From Octopus vulgaris (Eukaryota), in contig OX597815.1 in assembly GCA_951406725.2 (NCBI GenBank), forward strand, positions 65,224,001 through 65,288,000: a stretch of 64,000 nucleotides of DNA. The letters are read 5' to 3'. Position numbers and translations under genes: made by a program. Position 1 is the stretch's first letter, and each line of letters opens with the position of its first letter. The notes beneath the pieces were generated by a model, which saw only the letters and a list, made by a program, of their open reading frames with translations, did no database searches and had not been told where the DNA came from. Positions 1-13,284 of this stretch are shown piece after piece.

Positions 1-2395
1 CAGGAGGATAGTTCACAACTTCATTTATATCTGGAATTGCATCAACAGACTTGTAAGTGTGTATAGTGCCGGGAAGAGAATGCATTAGCTGTTGATTAAT
101 TTTGTTAACAGCGACGTTTTTTGAGCTATATATTGATCTTTCACACAGCCAATTGTGATTTTGGCAGTTTTGTGTGAAGTTGGGAAAGACTTTGTTTTTG
201 AGGTCATCTACAGAATTAACAACAGAGGAAAATGACCACATTTCCATTTGTCCTGCAGCATCAAGAGGCATCTTGCCTTCACCAAGTGTCAAAATGTCCT
301 GTGCAAACTTTGTGGACATTTTGTTGCTGTGTAGCTGAGCTCTCATGTTAGTGGTGAGACTGAGGATTGTAACATGATGCCACAGGGTAGAGGACTTTAG
401 GCATGCTCTAGTGCCTTTCGGAATGACAGGAAGAGTTTGCCTGAAATCACCTGACAAGAGGAGCGTTACAACTCCCATTGGAGCCTGACAGTCTCGGATG
501 TCTTTCAGGGCTCTATCTAATGCTTCCAAAGCTCCCTTGTGAGCCATAGTGCACTCATCCCAGACAATTAGATGACACATTTTAAGCACTTGTCTCTGAT
601 CTGAGCTTTTGTTGATGTTGCATGAAGGCATTTCGGATGCTGCTAAATTGAGAGGGAGTTTAAAAGTTGAGTGTGCTGTCCTGCCACTGGGTAACAAAGT
701 AGCTGCAATGCCAGAGGAGGCTACAGCTACTGCAATGTCCTGATGCTGCCTAACTTCTGCAAGGAGAAGCTTTGTAATAAATGTTTTTCCTATCCCTCCA
801 AGAGCATCAAGGAAGAAAATTCGTCCCTTGCATTGGCGTACACTGTTAAGAATAGTTCTGTAGGCCTACAGCTGGTCCAGAAGTAATTTAGGCTCATTTT
901 CAACAATGTACTTTGAAAGCACTTGAATGTCGTAGGTTGTTTCACGAACGACAGCAGTGGGAAGGCTATTTGACCCTGACCTGAATGCTTGTGGCAGGCC
1001 ATACGTCGACAATTCCTTTTCACCCAGTTTAGCAATTCTGTCTTCAATGTCAATGAGTGTTTTGTTATAGATTTCATTGCTGATACCCTCCATGTCAGGA
1101 TAGAGCAGTTGAGCTTGGTGCTGAAAGTCTTCAGTCAGGTTGTCTCTATATTTGAGCCATAGAGTGGCCGGATCACACAGTTTGCATGCCTGTAGTAATA
1201 CTGCAAATAGTGCCCTGAGACTTTTAGGTGATTGTGATAAAGCAGCCTCTCCTAAAGTTGCATCCCATTGTGCACCACCTTCTAACAGACCTTGTCGATA
1301 GCAGGCTTCTCTGTATGTTGTGCAGACATGTCCATGAACGGTTTTTAGGGCCTGGAAAGACGTTGGCCCTCTGACCTCATGCAGTAGTAGACGAAGGTAG
1401 AAGCACTCTTGTTGAGTAGGATGCACTGTGTATACTCACCCAAGGCAAGTCTGAAACTTAATGCCAGGGTATCCATGAACATTTTGACCTGCTTTCCGTG
1501 GGGCCCATTTTTTTCCATTCCAAGTGTAGTACAATGGAATCTGTGGATACAGCAAGGTTTGAGTGAATGGATCCATTTGACAAAGCTTGAAGAATGCAGT
1601 GAGTGTGCTATCCCTTGGTTCCTCTTCCAACTGAGAAGCATTAGCATCGGTGAAGTACACTCTTTGACCATTTTCCAGGTGCACTGCAAGCTGTTGAATG
1701 GCGGGGTGTCGTTGGTGAATTGGAAAGCCAAAGATGCATCAGAAAGCCTCGTTGCTACTTATGTACCATCCCACCTGATAATGCGTCACCTCATCCTGGC
1801 AGTATTCTTGTTGAAGTCCAAACATTGCAGCGTCAGAACCCTTGTTTACATATTTGCAAACGTACTTGATGGATTTAATGGAGTTGCAAAACTCAACGTT
1901 GATGTGGGCATTGAAAGTCTTCGACAGGAGTGGGCAGTATGGAACAATCCATCTATTATCAATATCATGCTGTCCGATAGTTGCTGTGAAACCTCCGTCT
2001 TCTGTTTTTTTTGCGTCTGTATGATGGATACCCATCAGCACCTGTCTGAGTTTCTTGTAGGAACCTCCTTGGAAATCTTTTTGAACATATGCTGTCCTTC
2101 AAGCATGGTGTGTTTATGTTGAATCCACGCCCACATGGACCATGTACCATGTTTGCTTTAACTATTTCGTATAGTTCTTTGTCTAAAGCCGGATCAGGAA
2201 GCTCTGCAGAGATTATCTTGTCGATGTCATTGGAATTGATCTTTGCTGAGAGCCAAAGCAGGATATGAGCATGAGGAAGGCCTCTTTTTTGCCACTCGAT
2301 TGTGTACATGTCACATAGTATGGGCTCAAAGACTTGCCCTTTTTGTATGAGCTCCATAAGAGAGATTAACTTCAGATGGAAAACTCAGGCGTTGA
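1..2395 (-). pseudogene. Helitron RepHel (HUH Rep + PIF1-like helicase), frameshifted; runs off the window start
   Basis: Rep motifs YTIEWQKRGLPHAHILLWL, ISAELPDP, MVHGPCG, CSKRFPR (ORF 1965-2357). DNRWIVPYCPLLSKTFNAHINVEFCNSIKSIKYVCKYVNKGSD (1739-2041). FYLRLLLHEVRGPTSF (866-1426). Manual minus-strand reading of <800 gives helicase motifs GKTF, VASSGIAATLLPSGRTAHSTFKLP, IVWDECTM, LLSGDFRQTLPV. Split across several frames. Confidence 0.95.
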
Positions 2396-3124
2396 GATTC
2401 CGGTTCGAATGTAAGGCAGGTTTGAAAGTGTTCCCAACAGTTATTAGTTGTAGTGGTAGAGTGTTTATGACGAATATGTACGTATGCAAGTATATATATA
2501 TGTATGTATGCCTGTATATATGTACAAAATCCACTGAGAAGGCGTTTGTTGGTCTGAGGCTACAGCAGAAGACACATGCCAAGTCACCACACAGTGGGAC
2601 TGAACCCAGGACCATGTGTTTGGAACGTAGTTTGGACTTTCTTCTATCGAAGGCATTTTAACAAAAATGCTTCTGTAAAGACGGTGAAAATATTGTCAAT
2701 TTCGCCAAACAGGGACACAATTCAAATTTTAAACAATAACCAAAGCCCCTTCTCTGAAAGGGGGAGGGTTACGGTTTACAATTATTTAACAAATGCAACG
2801 CAACAACGTTTCTCTGACGAGGAACCAACAAACGTGATTACAATAGTCAAACAGTAATAATAACAACAAGCCTTTTTAATTTATCCCCATTTATGTGAAA
2901 CCACTTATTCAAGTTCAAGTCATTGATGCAATTTTATACGAATTGCTAATACACACACACACACACACATAATAAGGGTGAAAAATTGAATATTAATTTG
3001 ATTAATATAATTTGAAAACCAGTGGTGTAGCATATAAGACCATAGCAGATCTTCTTCTAGCAAAATGGATGACCACTTGTTAATGGTTTATCCCTGTTAT
3101 ATAATACTTTCACTTTAATAGTTT

Positions 3125-3381
3125 CAATATTAAAGTGAAAGTGTCTGCATTACAAAAGAGAGATGTTTTTGTTTCACTTTTAACACGTAATACTGAAATA
3201 GTGGAGAAGATATGATATTGTTGTGGGGTCGCCCTAGGGAAAAAGTTAAGATTTTTATTTTGCCGATGACACTTAAGTAAGGCATGTGTAAAATTTGAAT
3301 GAAATTGGTTGTGTAGTTCTCAAGTTTAAGGGAAACACACAGACAGACAGACACACATTCTCAGTTTTATATATAGAGAGA
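3125..3381 (-). mobile_element. Helitron-type 5' terminal segment, probably the 5' end of the element at 1-2395
   Basis: Minus strand begins TCTCTATATATAAAACTGAGAATGTGTGTCTGTCTGTCTG, i.e. 5'-TC, AT-rich, then (GTCT)n. This is the same architecture as the 5' end at 23063 and the same orientation as RepHel. Confidence 0.6.
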
Positions 3382-3472
3382 TAAAGGGAAAGTTTACGAA
3401 AATAAACAAAAGACGAAGGCAGGTGGAATACAAACAAACAAATGTATTAGTATAGTGCTCAGGAATAGAAAG

Positions 3473-3510
3473 TCTTTTACGTTTCGAGCCTACGCTCTTC
3501 GACAGAAAGA
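3473..3510 (-). ncRNA. Minimal type-I hammerhead ribozyme motif in the Penelope 3' repeat
   Basis: tcttt-CTGTCGA-a-GAGC(gtag)GCTC-GAAAC-GTA-aaaga. Stem I tcttt/aaaga, 4-bp stem II, GAAA core, GUA cleavage triplet. The core is CUGUCGA rather than CUGANGA. Confidence 0.7.
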
Positions 3511-3699
3511 TACACAGAAAAAACAAGGAGAGAAAAAAATGCATGTAGTAGCTAACGATCTATCATGGCGTCCTGACTTTGGACAATGGTCAGACGCGAG
3601 AGGGACAGTAGGGGAGATAACAGGGTGAAGTGACTTCCAAAACGAAGGTGCCCCCAACACAAAGGTGCGTGTGTGTATAAGAGAGTATGTATGTGCATG

Positions 3700-4385
3700 T
3701 GAAAGAGGGCTGGTGGTCTGGACATGTGTGTGTATGTATGTGTGGGTGTGGAGATGTAGGGATGGGTGTGTGGGTGGTGTGTTGTGATGTGATGTGTGTA
3801 TGTATGTGTAGGTGTAAAGATGTGGGGATGGGTGTGTGGGTGGTATGTTGTGATGTGATGTGTAATGTTGTATGGTGTAGTGTAGTGTGGTGTGATGTTG
3901 GGGGGGGTGAAAGTGGGGAAGCACAGGTGGGGTGTGGGTAGGTAGAGGGTGGGGTTAGAGGTGAGGTATGTGGGGGAGAGGTATGGGATAGGGGTGAGGT
4001 GTGTGGGGAGGGTGTGGGGTAGAATGGGAAGGATAGGGAAGGTGGAGTAGAGGTGGGTGGGTTTATGGAGGAGGGGAAGGTGGGTATATGAGGAGAGAGA
4101 GAAGAGGGGGACGGGGAGGGGGAGAAGAGATGGGGAGGAGGAAGAGGGAGAGGAGGCGGTGGGGAGGGAGGGGAGAGAAGGGGAGTGAGGGAGCAGAGAG
4201 AAAGAGAGAAGGGAGAAGAGAGTAGGGGAGAAGATGGAAAGAGAGTAGAGGGGAAGATGGAAGAAGGGAAAGAAGGGAAGAAGAGGGAAGAAGGGAAAGA
4301 GGGAAGAAGAGGGAAAGAGAGTAGGGGTGAAAAGATGTAGGAGTGAAGAGAAGTAGGAGTCGGGGAGGAGGTTAAATGAAAAGGG
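3700..4385. repeat. G/purine-rich low-complexity tract (3' region of the Penelope element)
   Basis: About 700 bp almost devoid of C on the + strand, with GT-rich then GA-rich blocks and many GGG runs. Confidence 0.85.
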
Positions 4386-6068
4386 GGGATAGTTGAGCCC
4401 AAATGGCACAAAAGAGCGAAGAGAAAAGATTAATCCCTGTTCACGGTGCAATCAGGAATCCGGATGGCCTCTGTGCAAGGACAATTCGAACACAGACAGG
4501 TGTTGCAAGGAGTGACCGGTGGAGTGGAAATGGCGTGAGACTGGAATGTCATTGGCGAGGTGGATGTCTCAGAGGTGTTCCGCGAACTGGTCAGCCAAGC
4601 GGCGTCCCGTTTGTTCGATGTACAGGGAATGGCAGAAAGAGCAAGAGATGCAATATATGATATTGCTATAGGTGCAGGTGAAGGAGTCGATGATGCGATA
4701 GGGTCGATGATGGGTGCCGGTGAGGAGGGTGATGTTGGAGAGGTGAGGGCAAGTGCTGCAGCATGGGCGGGAGCAGGGGAACGAGGTTGGGAAGTAGGGT
4801 TGGGGAAGAAGCTGTGGACCAAGAGGTCTCGTAGGTTATGGGCTCGTTTGAAGGAGGGGAGGGGTCAGTTAGGGAAGAGGTGTGAAGTGGACGGGTCAGA
4901 CTGGAGATGCCGAAAAGCTCGAAGAATGGTGCGTTGGAGAGGTAGGGTGGTGGGGTGGTAAGTGAGGGGAAAAGGGAGGCGGGTTCGAGGAGAGAGAGCA
5001 GATGCACGGTCTACGGAACGTGCTCTGGCAAGGGCAGTGTGGATAGTGGTGAGGGGGTATCCACGTAGGATGAAGTGGTGAACCATGAATTGAGACTGAG
5101 TCTCAAAGTCATGGTCGTCACTACAGAGCCTGCATAGACGGAGGAATTGGGAATAGGGGATGGAAAGCTTGGTGTGTTTGGGGTGGGAGGAAGAGAAGTT
5201 TAGGTATGAGTTTGAGTCTGTGTGTTTGTAGTGAATGGAGGTGGTAAGAGTGGAGTGATGAATGCTGACCGAAATGTCAAGAAAGGAGACAGAGGTATTG
5301 GAGATAGTGCAGGAGAAGTGGAGGGCAGGATGGAAGGATTTAACAAAAGAGAGGAAGGAGTCTAGATGTTCATGGGAGAGTGAGGTGGCACCGATATAGT
5401 CATCAATATAACGACCGTATAGTTCGGGAGTGGGACCAGTGAAACTAGAGAATATTTGGGCCTCAACATAGCCAACGAACAGGTTCGCATAGTTGGGGCC
5501 CATTCGCGTTCCCATGGCCACTCCCGAGACTTGTTGGTAGAACCGGCCCGCGAACGAGAAGCAGTTAAGAGAAAGGACAAGTTCGGCCAGACGAATGAGT
5601 GTGGAGGTGTCGGGTTCAGGGTTGGGGCGGAGGTCGAGAAAGTGTTGAAGTGCACACAGTCCTTTGTGGTGAGGGATGACGGTATAGAGGCTCTGGATGT
5701 CCATTGTAAAGAGGAGTTCGGAAGAGCCAGGAGGAAAGGAGAAAGAGTTGAAAAGCCGGAGAGCATGGTTGGTGTCGTGGATGTGAGAGGGAAAAGACGC
5801 TACTAGGGGGGCAAGGACACGGTCGAGGTATTTTGAGATAAGCTCGGTGGGTCAGTTACAGGCGGAGACAATGGGGCGGCCAGGGTTGTTAGGTTTGTGG
5901 ATTTTGGGGAGGAAGTAAATGGTGGGGGTGCGTGGGGTTCAGACAATGAGGTTGGATGCAGTATGGGGGAGACGGGAGGACGAGATGAGGTCGTGGACAG
6001 TAGAGGGGACCGTCTGTTGGTAGCTAAGTGTGGGGTCAGAGGACAGAGGGGAGTAGAAGGAGGTGTCA

Positions 6069-6114
6069 GATAGATAGATAGATAGATAGATAGATAGGTA
6101 GATAGGTAGATAGG

Positions 6115-6168
<54 letters not shown>

Positions 6169-6180
6169 CACACACACACA
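6069..6180. repeat. (GATA)n + (CA)n microsatellite
   Basis: Directly visible. Confidence 0.95.
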
Positions 6181-6189
6181 GCATACATG

Positions 6190-6478
6190 ATAATGATGGT
6201 AGTCTTGAAGTCTGAGAAAGACAGTCCAGCAATATCTTGCTGAACAACCAGCACAAATGACTTTTACTTGTAAGGATCAAATGTATGTGCTGTATATTAG
6301 CTCACTCCCTTCCCTGAAGAGGTGCAAAATGTACCTTACATCAGGTGTCAAAGTGATCACAGAGCAATGTGAGATTAAATGTTTTTCTCAAGGACACAAT
6401 GCACCATCCAGTACAGGAATTGAAACCACAATCTCATGATCATGAGTGCAACACCCAAACCATTAGGCCATACATGCT
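6190..6478 (-). mobile_element. tRNA-derived SINE, family D (other copies ~9900-10110 -, 22105-22360 +, 22400-22660 -, 41055-41390 -, 61050-61345 +)
   Basis: Shared tRNA-like head (TGGC.TAGTGGTTAGG...GTGGTTTC.ATTCC) and core TTGAGCAAAACACTTCATTTCAC across copies. Confidence 0.7.
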
Positions 6479-6719
6479 CTCATCATGCATACATACATAT
6501 TGCATGTGTGTGTGTGTGTGTGTAACTATATTCCCATTCAAGTGTGTATAATTTATTTCTTTGAGACATACTGTTTGTCTTATTTGTTATAATAAAATAT
6601 CAACACCAGTATACTGAATTTTCTATACAAAGAGCAGACCAGTTGTAAAGCAACAACCAAATCTAATCTATTCTACACACACACACACACACACACACAC
6701 AAAACACACACACAGAGAA

Positions 6720-7090
6720 CAGATGTGAGCATCTTGAATATAGATTTGCGAAGGTTAGAAAGAAATTAGGTGAGCATGCTCCATTGGATGTGTAATGTCA
6801 GTGTTGCATAATCAATAATCACAAATGAGCTGAAAGAAAAAAACTGGAGGAATCAAATGTATGATGAAAGACAGAAGACTGTATTGGTATGGACATGAGA
6901 TGCATAGAGCAGTGGTCAGTTGCATAAAGAAGTGGTAAATCCTCAAAGCATATGGAACTTATGGAAGAACCAAGACCTATAAGACGACATAGTGAAGACA
7001 TCTCTTGGGAAACTGGACCTCATGAAGGAAATGCCAAAAAACAATAGTGGGTTATGTTGCATGGTGCTGGAGCGGACCTACCTACCATGT
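6720..7090 (+). mobile_element. Highly decayed RTE-like LINE 3' fragment
   Basis: Degenerate similarity to the RTE C-terminal WYGHVMR...GRP..TW region (tgtattggtatggacatgagatgc). Similar relic at ~57470-57620. Confidence 0.4.
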
Positions 7091-7374
7091 AAGTATTTTA
7101 GTTAGGAGGTGGAGTGCTCTGAAACAGGTGAAAGGGGGAGTTGGAGACCAGACCTGAAAGTTTGTGACAGGATGGACTCAACTAAAAGTATCTAAAATAC
7201 CAGGTGGTAGTGTTAAACTAAGTGAGAGTTTAATTCTGATACTCATGATAAAAATATATGGGGAGAAGGAAGACTTTTATGGGCAATCGCTTAGTCTTCT
7301 TCAAAAATCTTATCCAGACTTACACTCACACTTATACCACATGTATGGTCAACTTTAATTGACAGAGGCCCAAT

Positions 7375-7412
<38 letters not shown>

Positions 7413-7475
7413 CTAACCCATGCCAACATGGAACACAGACATTAAATGATGTTAGAGATGGAACTTTGGCTTGTA

Positions 7476-8700
7476 CAGGCATACCTCAGCTTAAGACTTT
7501 TTGATTTAAGTCCTTCTTGATTATACGTCAGTTTTCAAAAATAATATATGGAAAAATAAAAACCTAGTTAAGTCATTTTACTTGACTTTTCGTCTATCCA
7601 CCACAACTACTGGATTTGTAAAATCACTAGCAAACCATTAAAAGCACATAAAATCATGTTACTTTACAATAAATAAGAATAAAAGCATATAAAATCATAT
7701 TAAAATATGTACTGTAAATGTTAAGATACACACCTTAAAGAAGCATAGCTTAGTGAACGGAATCATGAAATCAGCTGTGTTATCTTATTTATCGGTCTTT
7801 CAGAGCTCATATTACACTGTTCTTCCAGTACCTACTATTAAGCATCGTTGTCACTTGTGATTGTTTTGAATTTAGATTTGTTTACATCAATTTTTTGACT
7901 ACTTTCTCATTCTCATTCATTTGTGACTTTATTTTTTGCCCCCATGGTTCCCAAGAAAATTCATAGTGAAAGTGCTAAGTGTCATGCTATAACACTGGAA
8001 GATAAACTGACTACAATAAAACACCATGGAAAAGGTGAAAAGGTGGTAGCAATTGCACGATCATTTGGGATGAGTCGGACAACTGTACCGACGATTGTAC
8101 ACAATAAGGACAAGATTTTAGCACATATCAAATCTGAAGCCCCAGGGATGAAGAACACAGCCATCAATAAGAAAAAAGGCAAAATCTTTGAAGAAATAGA
8201 AAGTCTTCTTTCTGGTTGGAGGAGGAGGATTTCACAGATTTATTTGAAAAAGACAAACATCCCTTGATGAATGAGGATTTGATAGAGCTTCATGAGCAGC
8301 AAAATAAAGATGAAGAAGAAGTTGAACTTGAGCCACATCACTTTACCATTAAAAAAATGCAGCAAGCATTTGCATATATTGAAAAATGTCTTTCTATGTT
8401 CAAGGATATGGATCCAAATGCTCAATGCTTTTCCAAGATTATGGGGGCTTGTCAAGAAGCTTTTGCTCCTTATAATGTTATCCTTGAAGAAAAGAAGACA
8501 GTTCAAGGAACTCTCAACTGGATTTTTAAGCGCATCGAACAACAAAGAACAGCCAGTCAGCTATTGATGTTGACGATCCACAGCCATCTATATCCACAAT
8601 GTGAACCACCAAATTGTATATATGTATTGGGCAAATTCAAAATATTTTAGTTTTTTTTACTAGTGCAAAATTATAATAATTACCGAATTTGTTTTTTAAG
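7476..8700 (+). mobile_element. Tigger/pogo (TIGD1-like) DNA transposon, internally deleted
   Basis: TA + CAGGCATACCTCAGCTTAAG terminus at 7476. CENP-B-type HTH ITLEDKLTTIKHHGKGEKVVAIARSFGMSRTTVPTIVHNKDKI is joined directly to the C-terminal LMNEDLIEL...FTIKKMQQAF...DMDPN...EEKK. The DDE domain is missing and no 3' TIR was found. Confidence 0.85.
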
Positions 8701-10256
8701 CTTAAAACAGGCTTTTATTTTACCATGTGTTATTGCAAACCACATTCATGAATAAAGTGTCCACAATGTACAGTTTTAGATAATCTGTGTTCCACATTGG
8801 GTCACCATTTTAGATGGTGCTGTTTGTATCAGGGTTGTGGAGCCACATAAATATGACTCTACTCAGAAGGCTGTAATATCATTTGATAGGAACACAGTAC
8901 AAAGAAATACGTAGAAAAAGGCAGTAGCCTTAAATACATTTAATGTCAGCCACACATATATATACAACCTGAATGATAAATGGAAATGGTTTGATGCGTG
9001 GACACCATTATCTTCTCCTGTGCATTGCCTCCTGTCAGCTAGTCACTGCATGTCGTAAGAGAGTCAGTTAGGTCTTCACAGTCTAGAGTATTGATGTAAA
9101 AAGAGGAAAAGGTGAGTGTCTGAACCTTACTGTTGCGTGTGCCCTCTATTGGCTAGCTAATTAGGCAGCTGTGGTCAGGGGAGGTAACTGCGCCTACAGA
9201 GCACCCCTGCCTTAGCCTGGAAGCAGTCGAAGAAGAGTAATGTAGGTGGAGTAGGTGTACGCTAGGAGGGCACAGAGGAATGAACCATGGCAAAACAGTT
9301 GTATGAACTATTGAAAAATACAATGCAAGTATGTACAAGGAAAATGTTGAGCAAAGAAAGGCATTCAATCAAATAGAACAAAGTATATAAGTACAATGAT
9401 ACAGAAAGAGAAAAAAGATGAATGCGGTGTCTATTCTCCAGAACACTCTCTGTCGAGGCAAAGTTAAGAATTGTCTGAAACAATTTCTGAAGTGACCATA
9501 AGGGAGGGCTCTAGTTGAGAATTGCTCATATTTAATGGTGAGTGAGGGGAATTTTCTTTATATGAGAAGTGCTCTGATGGAAAACAGAAACATCAGTTAG
9601 TAAACAATAAAACTTATGCATTCAAACAAAGTCCTTAATGATATTTGTTCTACCCAAAGTTACAGATACTCCCCTATCCTCCTTATCATTAGAAATACTG
9701 TGAACCAGTATTGGCTCATTGAAACCCTGCAAATAATAATTTCACTGTTCCCTAATTGTGACATAAAATGAAATAAAATACAATGTTGGATGTTAGCTGT
9801 CAGTCATGTTAGTAGAGCTTCAGTGACCAAGAAAGATTAAAAATTTTAGCCCTAGGACTCATAAGATAGGAGCTTGACATAGTTTCCACAGCATATAAAT
9901 GACAGAGATTTCAACACTACATCTTGAAGGGGACACCAGTTTGTCACAGGGTTAACTTCCCAGTCATTGCTAAACCCATGTTGCTCAGTGGACTGGAGCA
10001 ACATGAATTGAAGTGTTTTGCTCCAGAACTCAATGCACCACCTGATCTGTGAATCAAAACCACAACCTTACAACTGTGAGGGAAACATCTTAACCACTAA
10101 ACAATACACCTTTACTGGAAGTTGTAACTATAATGAATTAGGCAAAGTTAAGAAACCAAACTAGGAATTGAACCTGTAGCACAAATTCAGCACACGAGTA
10201 GTTTACCATCATTCTGTAGCACTGACACACACATACACATATACACATGCTCACAT

Positions 10257-10349
<93 letters not shown>

Positions 10350-11959
10350 AACACACATCACACAGTGTTGCTTAAATCATTACAGCAAAGGATCAAAGTA
10401 ATAAATTAGGAATGCAGTATTGAGATCAGAACCTACAAAATGATGTATGCTACCCTCACATGTGAATGTATTCAAATTTGAAATGCCCACCTGTTGACAA
10501 ACTTTCAAGAAATCCATTGGCAAAAAGAATCAAAACATTTATTAAATAAGTTACGTAATTATGAATGTCTGAAATTAAAGATTAATTATTTGTCTTAACA
10601 AAGATGTATCACCCCACCTCCTCCAAGGCCCTTATCCATTATAATTCACCCTGATATGATTAAGGTCGCTTCCACTCCTTGCCTAGGCAAAACAAAAGAT
10701 TGTCTATAGAACTTATGATGTAATCATTCTACTAATATTGTTACATATGATTTGCATGCTTGCACATGACTGGATTTATTGAAGGTAGTGGCTAGTTCAA
10801 TGTAAAAGCTTGGTTAATCACTCGAATAAATGTTCTGAAAATAATGGGTCACATGAAACTGCATTTGGATAACTGTTGTACATGACAAAAGATGTTGTTG
10901 CTGGTTTCTAACAATGTACTTCCACTCTATGACCCATATATGACAGACGTTTTGTTGTAATGTTTTGCTGTAGCAACAACAAGAAGAAAGATCTTTTGGA
11001 AGTTTATGATAAAGAAACTACAAATGACAGGTTTGTTTTAGCTAAAACAGGCAAGATGGCTATGCAAAATGCTTAGATAATGGTGAAATCCTTGGAACTT
11101 GGAACAATAAATGTAAGCAGCATAAGATATGTACTAATGTTCCATTCACTTCTATCTTTATTTCTTTCAACCTCCACTCTGCCCACTGCCACCATCACTT
11201 CTTAAATGTGAGTAGCCATATGGCCCCTTTCTTTCACACTGTAACCCCTCGTCCCATAGTATAAGAAGGACTTAAATCCTGCTGTAGCCCCACTCAGTTG
11301 AAGTGGCTCCTTAATCTTGCAGGCCACATTGCAACTTCACTAATGCTGGTGCCATGAAGGAAGCACTCAGTAGTCTCTGTAAAGTGGTTGGTGTTAGGAA
11401 GGGCATCCAACTAAAGAAACCATGTCAAAGCAGACATTTGAGTATAAGGCATGTCAGATCCTGTCAAACCATCCTATCTATGACAGTAAGGGACATGGGC
11501 ATTAAATACTGGTGGTGGTGGTGGTGGTGGTGGTAGTGACAATGACAACGAAGATGATGATGATGATGAGGAGGAGGAGGTTCTTATTACAAAATCAAAA
11601 TCTGTCCAAATCTATTCATGGTTATCCTGAAAAATTTCATGAATTGGCTTGTTTTTGTGAATTTGATGAAACTGGGATAAAAGGACAGTGTATAGAAAAT
11701 TATATGATTGAAATAAAGCTCATTCAGGATCAGCTGGCATTTAAGTGTTTTATAGAAAAGCACAAGGATATCTTTTTTGTCAAGTGACTCCAAGTTTGAT
11801 GCATTCATTAATAGCATAAAATGATTTCTAGATTTCAGATGATGAATTAATCAAAAAATATAAAAAGGGTAAGAACAATCATGATGATATCATTGTGTGA
11901 TATGCTGATAGCTTTTATTAGCTTTTGAGACTTCTGATATGCTATGCATGAGAAGACAC

Positions 11960-12232
11960 GTCAAACTAAGTGAATCATAGTCATTGCTAGTGCCAGTGAC
12001 ACGTACAAGGCACACATGCTGGTGACGTGCAATAGGCACATGTAAAAGACACCTCGGCCACTGTAAAGTGGTTGGCATTATGATGGGTATCCAGCTGTAG
12101 AAACCAAATCAAAACAGACAACTGGAGCCTGATGCAGCTCTCCGGTTTACCAGTCCCAGTCAAACTTTCTTACCCATGCCAGCATGGAAAACAAATGTTA
12201 AATAATGATGATAATGAAGATGATGATGATGG
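11960..12232 (+). mobile_element. SINE family C with (GAT)n tail (other copies ~11300-11510, 22695-22970 -, 31750-32140, 38795-39010, 51830-52020, 57275-57440, 57990-58222)
   Basis: Recurrent GTAAAGTGGTTGGC.TTAGGAAGGGCATCCAGC.GTAGAAAC ... ACCCATGCCAGCATGGAAAA...GTTAAA.GATGATGAT. Confidence 0.8.
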
Positions 12233-12234
12233 TG

Positions 12235-12850
12235 TCCTCCTGCATTGCTCAGCACACTAAGCGACAAGATCTTCTTCCACTGGGTTTGGTTGGTTGCTAT
12301 TCTTGCACATCCATTCCACATAATGGTGATTTTCTTCAGGTCATCTTGAAATGTCTGCCAAGTGATTATCAACATACTCCTTTTTACACCTGCCAACAGG
12401 TGGTACCCAAGATATGGCAGAGTTTTCAAATGCTGTTGATCAACTAAGCAGAGAATGTGGCCAGCCAGGCAAAATCAATGCTCTGCTATAAACTCCTGTG
12501 GTGGTCATGAACTCACTCTTCTCAAAATTTCCTCATATCTACGACACAGTCCAGTCAGTCAACTCTCAGGATCTTACTCAGGCACTTGTGATGGAATACA
12601 TTTAGTTTTCTATCTGTCCTAACTGTGCTCTTCCAAGTCTTGCTAGCATAGACTGAAGCAGGCAGAATGATGGAGTTATAGATGAAATTTCACCCATATG
12701 CTGGAACACAACTGCTACCTTTCCAACCTTGCAGTCTTGAAATCCACAATGGTCAAATTTAGAATGCTGATAGTAAAAAGTATAAATCTGATCATAAAAG
12801 TGGCTTTTACCAATATAAGCAGGCACAATCAAAATAATGTCCGCCATCTG
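12235..12850 (-). mobile_element. RTE-clade LINE 3' fragment, decayed
   Basis: Minus-strand reading gives VFHHKCL.KILRV ... LAGHIL ... TWQTFQDDLKKITIMWNGCARIATNQTQWKKI, typical of an RTE C-terminus. Confidence 0.65.
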
Positions 12851-12879
12851 GTAACAGGTTCATTAAACCTTTTGTTTTC

Positions 12880-13063
12880 TTTTTACTTTTTTCAGTCCTT
12901 AGACTGCAACCATGCTGGAGCACTACCTTGATGGGGTTTAGTCAAATAAATCGTTCTTATTATTTTGAGTTTGGTACCTTATTCTATCAGTCACTTTTGC
13001 TGAAGTGCTAAGTTATGGGAGACATAAGCAAACTGTCAAGCAGTGGAGGCAACAAACACAAAG

Positions 13064-13099
<36 letters not shown>

Positions 13100-13252
13100 C
13101 ACACAAATATATATATATATATTGTTATCTTTCATCTTTTACTTGTTTCAGTCATTATATTGCGGCCATGTTGCTGCATATACATACATAGACACACACA
13201 CACACACATACAAACATACATACATACATACATACATACATACATACATACA

Positions 13253-13284
<32 letters not shown>

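Larger units (their letters stand above)
3382..6068 (-). mobile_element. Penelope-like retroelement (RT + GIY-YIG endonuclease), 5'-truncated, decayed
   Basis: LPKIHKPNNPGRPIVS (~5870-5915). RT ORF 4865-5704 has DIQSLYT, GVAMGTRMGPNYANLF, RYIDD, SSHPKHTKLSIPYSQFLRL. GIY-YIG-like NIIYCISC..LYIEQTGRRLADQFAEHL (~4575-4670) and C-terminal EQGLIFSLRSFVPFGLN. Pyrimidine-rich 3' tail with a hammerhead motif. Ends at a (GATA)n run. Confidence 0.92.

Noticed and set aside
1409-2122. 237-aa plus-strand ORF
   Set aside because: It is the antisense shadow of the Helitron Rep region.
2810-2845. Plus-strand CTGACGAGG..CC..AAACG as a sixth hammerhead
   Set aside because: There is no GAAA core, no convincing stem II, and no stem I closure.
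3490-4451. Long ORFs (299, 273 and 144 aa) rich in P/S/L/F/H/T
   Set aside because: These are translations of the low-complexity Penelope tail. Only the first ~20 codons of 3552-4451 belong to the PLE endonuclease end.
8728-9560. Possible LTR or LTR-retrotransposon fragment interrupting the Tigger element
   Set aside because: No second LTR, PBS/PPT or coding motif could be verified by eye.
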